DNA of 64,000 nt from positions 12,922-76,921 of the IMG/VR virus record IMGVR_UViG_3300034069_000900; one strand, given 5' to 3'. Position 1 is the first letter of the stretch, and each line of letters opens with the position of its first letter. This document shows, in pieces, positions 28,124-35,836 of this stretch. Source of the stretch: a virus. Position numbers and translations under genes: made by a program. Under the pieces are notes generated by a model that saw only the letters and a list, made by a program, of their open reading frames with translations, was not told the origin of the DNA and did no database searches.

Positions 28124-28822
28124 GTGACCATTCCGGCAAAACAGATTAACTACTTCCTCGAAGCTCGAGTTGGTGTTTCGGGGTTCTCGTCGGCAGGAGG
28201 CGCATCCGACACGATCACGTCGGCCCTGACGACAGCGCTCTCGACTGCTTCACGAGCGGGCGGATCGGTTCCGCTCCAAGTCGGTAGCGCCAACCTGGAA
28301 GGCGTTGACACTGCTACCGGTTTCAACCTCACCCCGATCTACATCGCATCCGGCGTGCGCCTGACCGACACCAATGGCAACGACGTCTATGGCAAGATCA
28401 CTAACAGCGGTTCGACGTGGACGCTCTCGTACTTCTCGGCGCCGAGTGGGGCGGAGGCTGCCTACACGATGGCAGCCTCGACCTCTATCGCCTTTGAGGT
28501 CCCCTACATCTTCAGCTTCGCCGACCTCCCGCTGACCGCGATCACGGCGGTCACAGATCGGCACATCGCGCCAGACCCTGCCAACCAGGGCATGCGGTTG
28601 CAGACCGATGCGCTGACCGTCACGGCGACCAACACTGTGTCGGCACTGTCCCGCACGCAGAACGGTGGCGTCTTCTTCCTCTACGTCAACGGTGTGGCGT
28701 ACCGGAACGTCGGTGGCTCCCCGCCGGTCTCCGTCTCGGGCACGGTGGTGACGTGGAATGCGACCAACGCGCAGTTCGCACTGGCGACTACGGATGAAGT
28801 AACCGCGTTCTACTCGTATTGA
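28124..28822 (+). CDS. hypothetical virion protein
   Basis: Ser/Thr/Gly-rich; FLYVNGVAY...DEVTAFYSY C-terminus. Confidence 0.62.
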   Translation: MTIPAKQINYFLEARVGVSGFSSAGGASDTITSALTTALSTASRAGGSVPLQVGSANLEGVDTATGFNLTPIYIASGVRLTDTNGNDVYGKITNSGSTWTLSYFSAPSGAEAAYTMAASTSIAFEVPYIFSFADLPLTAITAVTDRHIAPDPANQGMRLQTDALTVTATNTVSALSRTQNGGVFFLYVNGVAYRNVGGSPPVSVSGTVVTWNATNAQFALATTDEVTAFYSY

Positions 28823-28831
28823 GATTAGCTA

Positions 28832-29146
28832 GTGACTAACCCCGTTCAGGCCAAACAAGTACGCGGAGGCGCCCACGGCAAGTTTACGGGGACAACTACG
28901 ACTCCGTTCTCTGTGTCCGTGGGAGCTACACAGACCATGACGCTTACGGTCATCCCCGTGACTACCGGTGACAGTCTTGCGGCGGGCGAAGATATATCTA
29001 TCCAGCCGACGGCGGGGTTACCTCCAGGGATCAATCTTGCGTATGCCTATGTTTCAGCGTTAAATACTGTGATCATAGGCTTTACAGCTTCATCGCTGGT
29101 AAGCCTTTCACAGAGTGTGAACTGGCGTGTCACGGCGCATCGCTGA
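28832..29146 (+). CDS. hypothetical virion protein
   Basis: 104 aa, beta-rich, at the end of the structural operon. Confidence 0.55.
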   Translation: MTNPVQAKQVRGGAHGKFTGTTTTPFSVSVGATQTMTLTVIPVTTGDSLAAGEDISIQPTAGLPPGINLAYAYVSALNTVIIGFTASSLVSLSQSVNWRVTAHR

Positions 29147-29438
29147 GTGTTGGTATAATTTCTATAGATTGCCTGATGGTAACCTGAAGCGAGGGTTGCC
29201 GTGCTGGTCACGCGCTTCAGCAGTGCGGCATGGGGCAGAGGTTCGTGCAGTCTCAGGAGCCCGCATCGTATATCGGCTCCGGGTGCGCGCGCAGGCCCCC
29301 GCGGTCTCCGTGGCGCGCGGTTTCAAGATAAGATTGGATCGCAGCTATGGTACGCGTCGCCGCAGTGCTCGCCCTCGTTCTGATGACGACCGCCCCCAGT
29401 GTGGCGCAACCCCGCAAGAACAAACCTGTGTGTGTTAA
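29127..29438 (+). CDS. hypothetical protein (uncertain)
   Basis: From the ORF track; no clear SD; overlaps its neighbours. Confidence 0.3.
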   Translation: MSRRIAECWYNFYRLPDGNLKRGLPCWSRASAVRHGAEVRAVSGARIVYRLRVRAQAPAVSVARGFKIRLDRSYGTRRRSARPRSDDDRPQCGATPQEQTCVC

Positions 29439-29484
29439 AGTCTACGACCAGGGCGTAGGCTGGATACGCATCTGTGCCCCGTAA
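29347..29484 (+). CDS. 45-aa predicted exported peptide with a Cys pair
   Basis: MVRVAAVLALVLMTTAPSVAQPRKNKPVCVKVYDQGVGWIRICAP; read by hand, below the ORF-track cutoff. Confidence 0.45.
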   Translation: MVRVAAVLALVLMTTAPSVAQPRKNKPVCVKVYDQGVGWIRICAP

Positions 29485-29502
29485 CCTTGTTGAGTATCTG
29501 AA

Positions 29503-30066
29503 ATGACCGCACTGTTCATATCCAAGGTTACGACCTACGGCCCCCGGTTGATGAAAGACTTCGGCCTTACGGCTGAAGAGTGTGCCGCAATATTCGGTAA
29601 TCTTGGGCACGAGAGCGCAGGTTTTGCGGTCCTACAAGAACAGGGCAAGCGACACGGTACGGGGGGTTGGGGTTGGGCACAATGGACAGGCCCCCGGCGC
29701 CGGAGCTTTGATGCCTTTGCACTGAGCCATAAGCTCTCCAAAGATAGCGATGAGGCCAACTACGAATATCTGTGTTTTGAGTTACGGGGGCTGGAGCGGG
29801 GCGCACTCACATCGCTGAAGCGCGCGGTGGGGCTGGAGAACAAGGTACGTGCTTTCGAGCGGGGCTTTGAGCGCGCAGGCATCCCGGCGATACCAAGCCG
29901 GGTGGTGTGGGGCCGGCTTGCCCTTACGGTGCTAAACCACCTCAGCGGCAAGGGCCCCGCGCCGGAAGCCAAGGCCCCAGCGCTACCCCGCAAAGCGAGC
30001 CGCCCCCGCCCAGTCGGGGGTCGGGTGACGCCCCGCACGCATCATCACCGGCATCGTCGAGGCTGA
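29503..30066 (+). CDS. endolysin, phage-tail-lysozyme-like domain with basic C-terminal tail
   Basis: GNLGHESAGF...GWAQWTGPRR; lies at the start of the membrane-gene cluster. Confidence 0.8.
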   Translation: MTALFISKVTTYGPRLMKDFGLTAEECAAIFGNLGHESAGFAVLQEQGKRHGTGGWGWAQWTGPRRRSFDAFALSHKLSKDSDEANYEYLCFELRGLERGALTSLKRAVGLENKVRAFERGFERAGIPAIPSRVVWGRLALTVLNHLSGKGPAPEAKAPALPRKASRPRPVGGRVTPRTHHHRHRRG

Positions 30067-30070
30067 GCAC

Positions 30071-30853
30071 GTGACCGCACTCGTCAAACCCCGCGATATC
30101 GGTTGGTACGGGTTTCGACCTGACCTGCCTGACCGGCGCGATAAGCTGTTCGCGCCGAAGCCGGCGCTGCTGACAGCCGCCCCGCCCCCGATCGACCTGC
30201 GCCACTGGTGCCCCCCGGTTATGGACCAGGGTGACGTCGGGGCTTGTTCAGCGCACGCTATCACCGCGGCGCTACGCTTCATCCTTATCAAGCAGGGCAA
30301 GCCTGACATCGCCCTCAGTCGGCTCCAGCTCTACTATGACGAGCGAGTCGTAGAAGGCACTGTAGCCTCTGATGCTGGGGCGGAGCTCCGTAACGGGTTG
30401 AAGTGTGCTGCCAAGCTCGGCGTCGCGCATGAGCCACTCTGGCCGTACAACCCGCTCAAGTTTAAAAGTAAACCGACCAAGCGAGTCTATGCTGACGCGT
30501 TGAAGTTCACTGCGCTCACGTACGAACGTGTCGAGGTCAATGTAGCGCACATCAAGGCTGCACTTGCTTCGGGCTTTCCGGTGATTATCGGTATAAGCAT
30601 CTTCGATGCTTTCGAGAGTGACGCCGTTGCTCAGACTGCCATGGTGCCGATGCCCGCGCCTACCGATGCCCCGCTCGGCGGACACGCGATGCTAGCTGTC
30701 GGCTACGGGCAGAAGCCAGGGTGTTTCACTGTACTCAACAGCTGGAACACAGACTGGGGCGACAAAGGCTACTGTTATATTCCCGAAGCATACCTAGGCG
30801 ATACTGACCTAGGCAGCGACTACTGGACCATAACCAGCTTGAAGGTGTCGTGA
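30071..30853 (+). CDS. papain-like (C1 family) cysteine peptidase
   Basis: Catalytic motifs DQGDVGACSAHA (Gln/Cys), GGHAMLAVGY (His) and VLNSWNTDWGDKGY (Asn); GFRPDLPDRRD N-terminus as in bacterial C1 peptidases. Confidence 0.92.
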   Translation: MTALVKPRDIGWYGFRPDLPDRRDKLFAPKPALLTAAPPPIDLRHWCPPVMDQGDVGACSAHAITAALRFILIKQGKPDIALSRLQLYYDERVVEGTVASDAGAELRNGLKCAAKLGVAHEPLWPYNPLKFKSKPTKRVYADALKFTALTYERVEVNVAHIKAALASGFPVIIGISIFDAFESDAVAQTAMVPMPAPTDAPLGGHAMLAVGYGQKPGCFTVLNSWNTDWGDKGYCYIPEAYLGDTDLGSDYWTITSLKVS

Positions 30854-30854
30854 T

Positions 30855-31100
30855 ATGACTAAGATTGAGAAGGTGACCGTTTCGAGATCTAAACCCAAGG
30901 CAGCGGCGAAGCCAGCGCCCAAGGCCACCGCGCATAAGGCTGCGGCACCAAAGCCTGAAATCCCCAGTGTCGATATCCCGATGGTACAGCAGCACAAGGG
31001 CAAGCTGGCGCTAGCCGCTGGCGTGACGGCAGGCGCCGCCCTGTTGTTCGGGCGGGCCCTGTTCGGCGTAGGCCGGACCATGCTCCGCCGGGGCCGCTAA
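30855..31100 (+). CDS. small basic membrane protein
   Basis: Lys/Ala/Pro-rich N-terminus and one hydrophobic segment. Confidence 0.55.
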   Translation: MTKIEKVTVSRSKPKAAAKPAPKATAHKAAAPKPEIPSVDIPMVQQHKGKLALAAGVTAGAALLFGRALFGVGRTMLRRGR

Positions 31101-31102
31101 CC

Positions 31103-31291
31103 GTGCGCTGGCTACTTGGCACCCTGTTCGTTGGCGGCTGCGGACTGTTGTGGTTCGGCAATAAGGCCATGAACGACCCCGATCAATCCGCCGACGTGCG
31201 TGTAGGCGGGGTCATCCCCGCTTTCATCGGGGGCTGCATGCTGGTCCTCGATGTGCTCCTCGCCCTGATATGGCTCGTTATGCGCGCCTGA
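31103..31291 (+). CDS. small two-TM protein (holin candidate)
   Basis: Two hydrophobic segments in 62 aa, within the lysis region. Confidence 0.5.
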   Translation: MRWLLGTLFVGGCGLLWFGNKAMNDPDQSADVRVGGVIPAFIGGCMLVLDVLLALIWLVMRA

Positions 31292-31313
31292 GCGGCGCCT
31301 GAAAGGATTCACT

Positions 31314-31817
31314 ATGTTCACGCCCACCCGCACCGTTCTCGCTATGCTGTGTGCCGCGCCCCTGCTTGGTGCCTGTAACACAACCGCCATCCAGCAGATC
31401 GCCGGTACTCTCACCGCCGGTACGATCACGCTTGGGCAGCTGACCCCGGCCATCCTAGACGCGGCTGGCGTCAGCACGTCTGACAAGGACAAGGCTAACG
31501 CCATCCTCGCTCAGATTGTCAACACGGCAAAGCTCTCTTGCGGACTAGCCCCGACCGCCACCAGCATCCTCAACATCGTGGCGGCCCTTAACCCAACTGC
31601 CACTGCCGTCGCCGTGCCGATCAACACGGTCGTCAACGTCGCTTGCGAAGCACTCACTGCGCCTTCCGCACAGGTGGTCAGCACGACCAAGGCAGCCCGC
31701 ACCCGCGTCGCTGCCTCCGTACCTGTCGTGCAGACCGTGCGGGGACAGATTAAGGTCAATGGTGTGGTGGTCACTGTGACCGGGTTTACGGACCCCGCCT
31801 ACGCCGCTGCTCAATAA
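31314..31817 (+). CDS. lipoprotein
   Basis: Lipobox LLGAC at about residue 21; AAAGGA SD. Confidence 0.75.
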   Translation: MFTPTRTVLAMLCAAPLLGACNTTAIQQIAGTLTAGTITLGQLTPAILDAAGVSTSDKDKANAILAQIVNTAKLSCGLAPTATSILNIVAALNPTATAVAVPINTVVNVACEALTAPSAQVVSTTKAARTRVAASVPVVQTVRGQIKVNGVVVTVTGFTDPAYAAAQ

Positions 31818-31829
31818 GGAAATGTAGAT

Positions 31830-32477
31830 ATGCGCGTCCTAATCACACTCATCGCGCTGCTCGCCGCCTCCTCAGCCTATGCTGAGGAAGCGGTACGAGC
31901 CGTCGGCACCGCCGGAGATACCGTTGTCGTATTCCCCTGGGGTCAGTGGGTCCTCGCGATTTCCAACGCCTTCCTGGAAGCTGCCGCCCCGGTCATCGTG
32001 GCTTTCATCATGGGGTTCATCGGCAAGAACTACCCGCTGCTGAAATCATTTATCTCCGAGCAGCTTGTGGAAAATCAGGTCGCTAAGTTCGTGGCCTATG
32101 CCGAGAACGCGGAAGCCGGGGTCGTCAAGGGTGCGCACCTTGACATCAATGTCGGTCAGTCCGTGCTGGGTACCGCTGTCGCACGCGCCATCGAGACGGC
32201 AAACGTCAACCTCTTGGCCCGGAAGGCTGTCAAGTGGGCCGGGGGCCCGGAGGCTATCGCCAAGAAGGCGTTTAGGCGCCTGCACCTGGATAGCACCGCC
32301 AGCGCCGCGACCGTTCTGGTGCCCGTGCTGGAAAAGATCCAGAACGGTACGCTTTTGCCGGAGAAGATCGCCACCGTAAAGGTCATCCCCTCGGCGCCCA
32401 CGCAGCCGGTGCCCAAGGTGACCCCGGTGCCGACCCGGAAGCTGGCCGCCGTGATCAAGCGCAACCCCGCACACTAA
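31830..32477 (+). CDS. membrane protein with signal peptide and TM segment (lysis region)
   Basis: MRVLITLIALLAASSAYA; PVIVAFIMGFIG. Confidence 0.65.
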   Translation: MRVLITLIALLAASSAYAEEAVRAVGTAGDTVVVFPWGQWVLAISNAFLEAAAPVIVAFIMGFIGKNYPLLKSFISEQLVENQVAKFVAYAENAEAGVVKGAHLDINVGQSVLGTAVARAIETANVNLLARKAVKWAGGPEAIAKKAFRRLHLDSTASAATVLVPVLEKIQNGTLLPEKIATVKVIPSAPTQPVPKVTPVPTRKLAAVIKRNPAH

Positions 32478-32508
32478 GATGCCCGCACGAGGCTCGAGGA
32501 GGACGACC

Positions 32509-33210
32509 ATGTCACCTTCGACCGGTGATAACGATCTCGGCACCCCCGGACAGATGTACATCGGGGTGCTTGAGAATCGCATCAGCACACTTGACCGCCA
32601 GCAGCGTGAGCTTGCCCAGGATATCGGTAACCTGGGCTCTCAGATGGAACGCTCGCTCAAGGCTGCCGTCGATAGCTTCGGCCGGCAGATGGATGCGCTC
32701 TCCAGTAAGGTGGATGAGCGTAGTAAGATACCCTGGCCCGCACTGGGTGTGATGCTCTCGTTCATTACGGTGATCGGGGGTCTTGTCTGGTATCCCGTTA
32801 AGTACAATCAGGATAAGCTCGAAGCTGCCGTTGTGCGTATTGCGGATAGTGCTGTAAACAAGACTGAACTAGAGAACCGGTTGGGTACCGCCGCACAGCG
32901 CCGCGATGACTTCCAGCGGGCCACGGACTCCCGCATAGATTCATTACAACGTCAAGAGGACGTAATGGATCAAAAGATCGTACCCCTGGACTGGCACAAG
33001 GACAAATGGGCGGCTAACGAGCGGGAATTAGGCAATCTGCGGGACACCGCTCAGCGTAGTGAGAACAACCTTCAGAGACAGCTTGATGAAGTAAAGCGCT
33101 CATTCGGGGATACATTCAGTCTCCGGGACGCACTCCAGACAATGCAGCGCCGTCTCGACAGTCTAGAGACATTTCAGAGTTCTGCACGGGGGCGAGCAGC
33201 CGGGGGTTGA
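32509..33210 (+). CDS. coiled-coil membrane protein (lysis region)
   Basis: GAGGAGG SD before ATG 32509; a single TM segment (WPALGVMLSFITVIGGLVW) flanked by heptad regions. Confidence 0.68.
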   Translation: MSPSTGDNDLGTPGQMYIGVLENRISTLDRQQRELAQDIGNLGSQMERSLKAAVDSFGRQMDALSSKVDERSKIPWPALGVMLSFITVIGGLVWYPVKYNQDKLEAAVVRIADSAVNKTELENRLGTAAQRRDDFQRATDSRIDSLQRQEDVMDQKIVPLDWHKDKWAANERELGNLRDTAQRSENNLQRQLDEVKRSFGDTFSLRDALQTMQRRLDSLETFQSSARGRAAGG

Positions 33211-33227
33211 TCCCCCGGCCCCTCTAG

Positions 33228-34601
33228 TCATGCCTTGGACGCCTCGAGCTCGTGAATATACCGAATCACGTTCTCCGAGAAGCCGTCAATATGGGTCCAG
33301 GCCCCGTAGCCCACGCCGTTCTTGTACGAAGCCACGTTGATCAGATAGTTGTGTGTGCCAAACGGCTTTGCCAGCCGGGGCGAATCCGCGTGGCTCACAG
33401 CACAATCCTGCTCATCCGTGATAACGATCACGCGGTCCGCAGAGTGCTGCTCCTTCAGCACATGCTCGAGCATGGGCTTCAAGAAGATACCCCCGCTACC
33501 GAGAGTGCGCATTTGAGCGATGAATGCATCCCGCAGGGCCATACCCTTGCGCGCAGGCACCTGTGCCGTGGCATGAGTACGCCGCGCGTCACTACCGGCA
33601 GTAGCATAAAGGATAGGCTCCTCGCAGCAGTGAGCGGCTACGGCAGCCAGCGCAGCGCCCGCATCGAGGCGTGTCATGGTGGACCGCCCGCCGAGGGCGC
33701 TCATCATCGAGCCCGAGACATCCAGCACGATCACCGTGCGCCCCGCAAGCCGAGGCATTTGTTCGAAGCTCGCAACGAGGGCTTCATCCAGTGCATTCTC
33801 ATACAGAGGCGCTTCCCGTGCCGCCGCAAAAAAGCGGAAAGGCAGCACGCGCTCAGCACCATTCGCGCGGGCGCGGATAGCGGACTCCACTAGCTCCCGC
33901 GGAACTCCGGCCTGCACCATGTTGCGCAGGTTGCGGATGAGTGCGAGGTAACCGAGCCTGCCTTCCTGGATTAACCGGGTGAAAGTTTCCTTCTTGTCAG
34001 CACCCCCGGAGAGCGCGACTTCCCAGGTGTCCGGGGTCTTAAGCTCGCGGGCGACGGCGCGCTTGTACAGGGCGCTCCGCGCCTCGCCCCCCGGCTGAGG
34101 GTGCACCATGCGGATGACGTCACGCAGCTTGATCACCGTGTCGCGGTCGTACTTGCCCAGGCTGTACTCGCTGAACTTGTGCAGCGCCCGTGCCAGCCCC
34201 TTCTTGAGCTGAGCCGCGATCGGGGTCTTGCCGTCCTTCCAGTACAGGGACAGGAGCTCCGCCGGCTCGTCGGCGCGACTAACCACCCGCTCCACCGTCG
34301 TAGCGACGACCGGGTTGCCGCGCGCGTTGCGCACGAGCTCACGGACCAGCAACAGCGAGACATGGCGAAGGTTCCGCTCGTGCCGCGCCTCGATGGCCAG
34401 CAACGCTAGGTCGCTGGGGTTGACCTTGGCGGCGAGCTCCTTGATGCGGTCAGCAGCGCTTACCCCGGACTCGTAGAACTGGTCCTCGAACAGCAGGCAC
34501 GCCAGGACGGTGCGCCGTAATTCCTGGAGCGGGTTGATTGCATGGGCGGGGCTGCCGCCGTAGGTGGTGCGGGTGTTGACAGCCTTGACGTTCGTGCGCA
34601 T
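33228..34601 (-). CDS. rsr: TROVE-domain Ro60-like RNA-binding protein with vWA domain
   Basis: QELRRTVLACLLFEDQFYESG, RHVSLLL, KKGLARALHKFSEYSLGKY, LRDVIRMVHP, TWEVALS, LGYLALIRNLRN, LPFRFFAA; MIDAS DVSGSM and VITDEQ. Confidence 0.93.
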   Translation of the reverse strand: MRTNVKAVNTRTTYGGSPAHAINPLQELRRTVLACLLFEDQFYESGVSAADRIKELAAKVNPSDLALLAIEARHERNLRHVSLLLVRELVRNARGNPVVATTVERVVSRADEPAELLSLYWKDGKTPIAAQLKKGLARALHKFSEYSLGKYDRDTVIKLRDVIRMVHPQPGGEARSALYKRAVARELKTPDTWEVALSGGADKKETFTRLIQEGRLGYLALIRNLRNMVQAGVPRELVESAIRARANGAERVLPFRFFAAAREAPLYENALDEALVASFEQMPRLAGRTVIVLDVSGSMMSALGGRSTMTRLDAGAALAAVAAHCCEEPILYATAGSDARRTHATAQVPARKGMALRDAFIAQMRTLGSGGIFLKPMLEHVLKEQHSADRVIVITDEQDCAVSHADSPRLAKPFGTHNYLINVASYKNGVGYGAWTHIDGFSENVIRYIHELEASKA

Positions 34602-34623
34602 CTCATCGTCCCTTCACAGAATA

Positions 34624-34648
34624 AGCCCCGAGCACAATGCTCGGGGCT
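34624..34648 (-). terminator. 11-bp hairpin between the Y-RNA array and the TROVE start (terminator/attenuator or processing site)
   Basis: agccccgagca-caa-tgctcggggct; followed on the - strand by TATTCT (a weak U-tract). Confidence 0.5.
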
Positions 34649-34667
34649 CGATTTGACGCGACAGGGT

Positions 34668-34770
34668 GGAACAGAGGAAACAATCGGCCCCGGAAGCTCA
34701 CACCCGAGGGTGCGGTTGGATTCGAACCAACATTTACCAGAAGTATCCGCTGACCTACACCATCTGTTCC
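34668..34770 (-). ncRNA. Y-RNA-like RNA, unit 1 (contains a T-arm)
   Basis: - strand: GGAACAGA UGGUGUAG..UACUUC..GUUGG-UUCGAAU-CCAAC..AUUGUUUCC UCUGUUCC; terminal 8-bp stem. Confidence 0.8.
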
Positions 34771-34790
34771 ATACTGTAGCGCCGAGGTAC

Positions 34791-34950
34791 GGCGGGCCGG
34801 GGGAAACAATCGAGTGTCGTGACGTGTGCGCTCTAACCAGACTGAGCTACAGAACGATCCTAGGTTGCCCTAGCATGCCCTGGTTCGATTTGAACGAACG
34901 ACCTCACCCTTAGCAAGGAAGTAACGACCCTCTACACCACCCAACCCGCC
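34791..34950 (-). ncRNA. YrlA-type Y RNA with a circularly permuted tRNA-like domain, unit 2
   Basis: Terminal stem GGCGGGUUGGG/CCCGGCCCGCC (the G-U pairs form only on the - strand). The T-arm precedes a hairpin-capped acceptor stem, which precedes the D-arm UAGCUCAGUCUGGUUAGAGC. Confidence 0.88.
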
Positions 34951-34963
34951 ATACCTCAACACA

Positions 34964-35040
34964 ACGGTTTAGAGGAAACAAGCGGCTCCAGCATGCACTG
35001 CTCCAGAAGAAGTAGCTGACGCCTTCACCATCTAAACCGT
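34964..35040 (-). ncRNA. Y-RNA-like RNA, unit 3 (minimal)
   Basis: Perfect 10-bp terminal stem ACGGUUUAGA/UCUAAACCGU enclosing UGGUGAAG..UACUUC..CUUGUUUCC. Confidence 0.8.
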
Positions 35041-35042
35041 AG

Positions 35043-35115
35043 TGCCGTCCGGGAAACAAGCGGGCACCGCATCCCTGTTTCGATGAAGTAGCGGTACCCA
35101 ACACCACGGGCGACA
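35043..35115 (-). ncRNA. Y-RNA-like RNA, unit 4 (minimal)
   Basis: UGUCGCCCG UGGUGUUG GGUACCGC UACUUC..GCGGUGCCC GCUUGUUUCC CGGACGGCA. Confidence 0.8.
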
Positions 35116-35123
35116 TTTGTAGG

Positions 35124-35822
35124 TTAGCCTCGGTGCGTTCGGGGCACAAGCGGCGCCTGCCGCCGGTCCAGGGCCCAGGCTAGCCCCGCAGCGCCAGCTA
35201 CCAGGGCGGCCCCAACCGCAGCGGCGCCCCACAGCAGCAAGCGCTCGTCCACGGCCCCGTGCGCCCAACCCTGGATCAGGGGGTCCTCGACCAGCACCTT
35301 GCCGCCAATAGCCCCGAGTGCAATAGCCCCGAGCCAGATGAGCCAGGGGGCACGCTCGAGCAACCACATCAGAGCAGCCGCCCCGAGGATGACGAACGGT
35401 ACGCAGACAAGGATGCCAAACACGATAAGGTGCCAGTCGCCCCCACTGATGCCGATGATGGCGGCGACATTATCCAGCGACATCGTAATATCTGCGATTG
35501 CGATGGCGCCTACCGCCGTCAGCAGCGAGGTTGAGGGGGCCTTCTCATCATCCGCAGCATGGCGGGTCATCTTATAGGCCACGTACAGCAGGTACAGCCC
35601 CCCGGCGATTGCGACGCCGGGCCATTGCAGCAGCCACGCACCGCCTAGCGCCGCAGCTACGCGCAAGACGATAGCCGCCCCCGCGCCGAGTATCATGCCC
35701 CAGACCCGCTGTGCCGGGGGTAGCCCCTGACACACGAGGGCGACGACCATGGCGTTATCCCCGCTCAACAAGGCGTCGGTCAGTATGATGCCGACCCCGC
35801 GGGCGATGTAATCGTGTTCCAT
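35124..35822 (-). CDS. terC: TerC-family (YjbE-like) integral membrane protein
   Basis: IILTDALLSGDNAMVVAL, GAGAAIVLRV, IAIADITMSLDNVAAI. Confidence 0.9.
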   Translation of the reverse strand: MEHDYIARGVGIILTDALLSGDNAMVVALVCQGLPPAQRVWGMILGAGAAIVLRVAAALGGAWLLQWPGVAIAGGLYLLYVAYKMTRHAADDEKAPSTSLLTAVGAIAIADITMSLDNVAAIIGISGGDWHLIVFGILVCVPFVILGAAALMWLLERAPWLIWLGAIALGAIGGKVLVEDPLIQGWAHGAVDERLLLWGAAAVGAALVAGAAGLAWALDRRQAPLVPRTHRG

Positions 35823-35836
35823 TACATTCCCCTATG

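Noticed and set aside
33199-33219. Bidirectional terminator between the converging lysis and TROVE genes
   Set aside because: A GC hairpin (gccggggg/cccccggc) exists but lacks a U-tract on either strand, so it is not called.
34830-34915. Canonical tRNA gene (clear D-arm and T-arm)
   Set aside because: The arms are in permuted order (T before D), the acceptor stem is capped by a hairpin, and there is no CCA end or intact anticodon loop. Treated as a Y RNA domain instead.
34668-35115. CRISPR array or tRNA cluster
   Set aside because: Only short bipartite motifs are shared, and each unit folds on itself with a unique terminal stem. There are no identical direct repeats with regular spacers and no cas genes.
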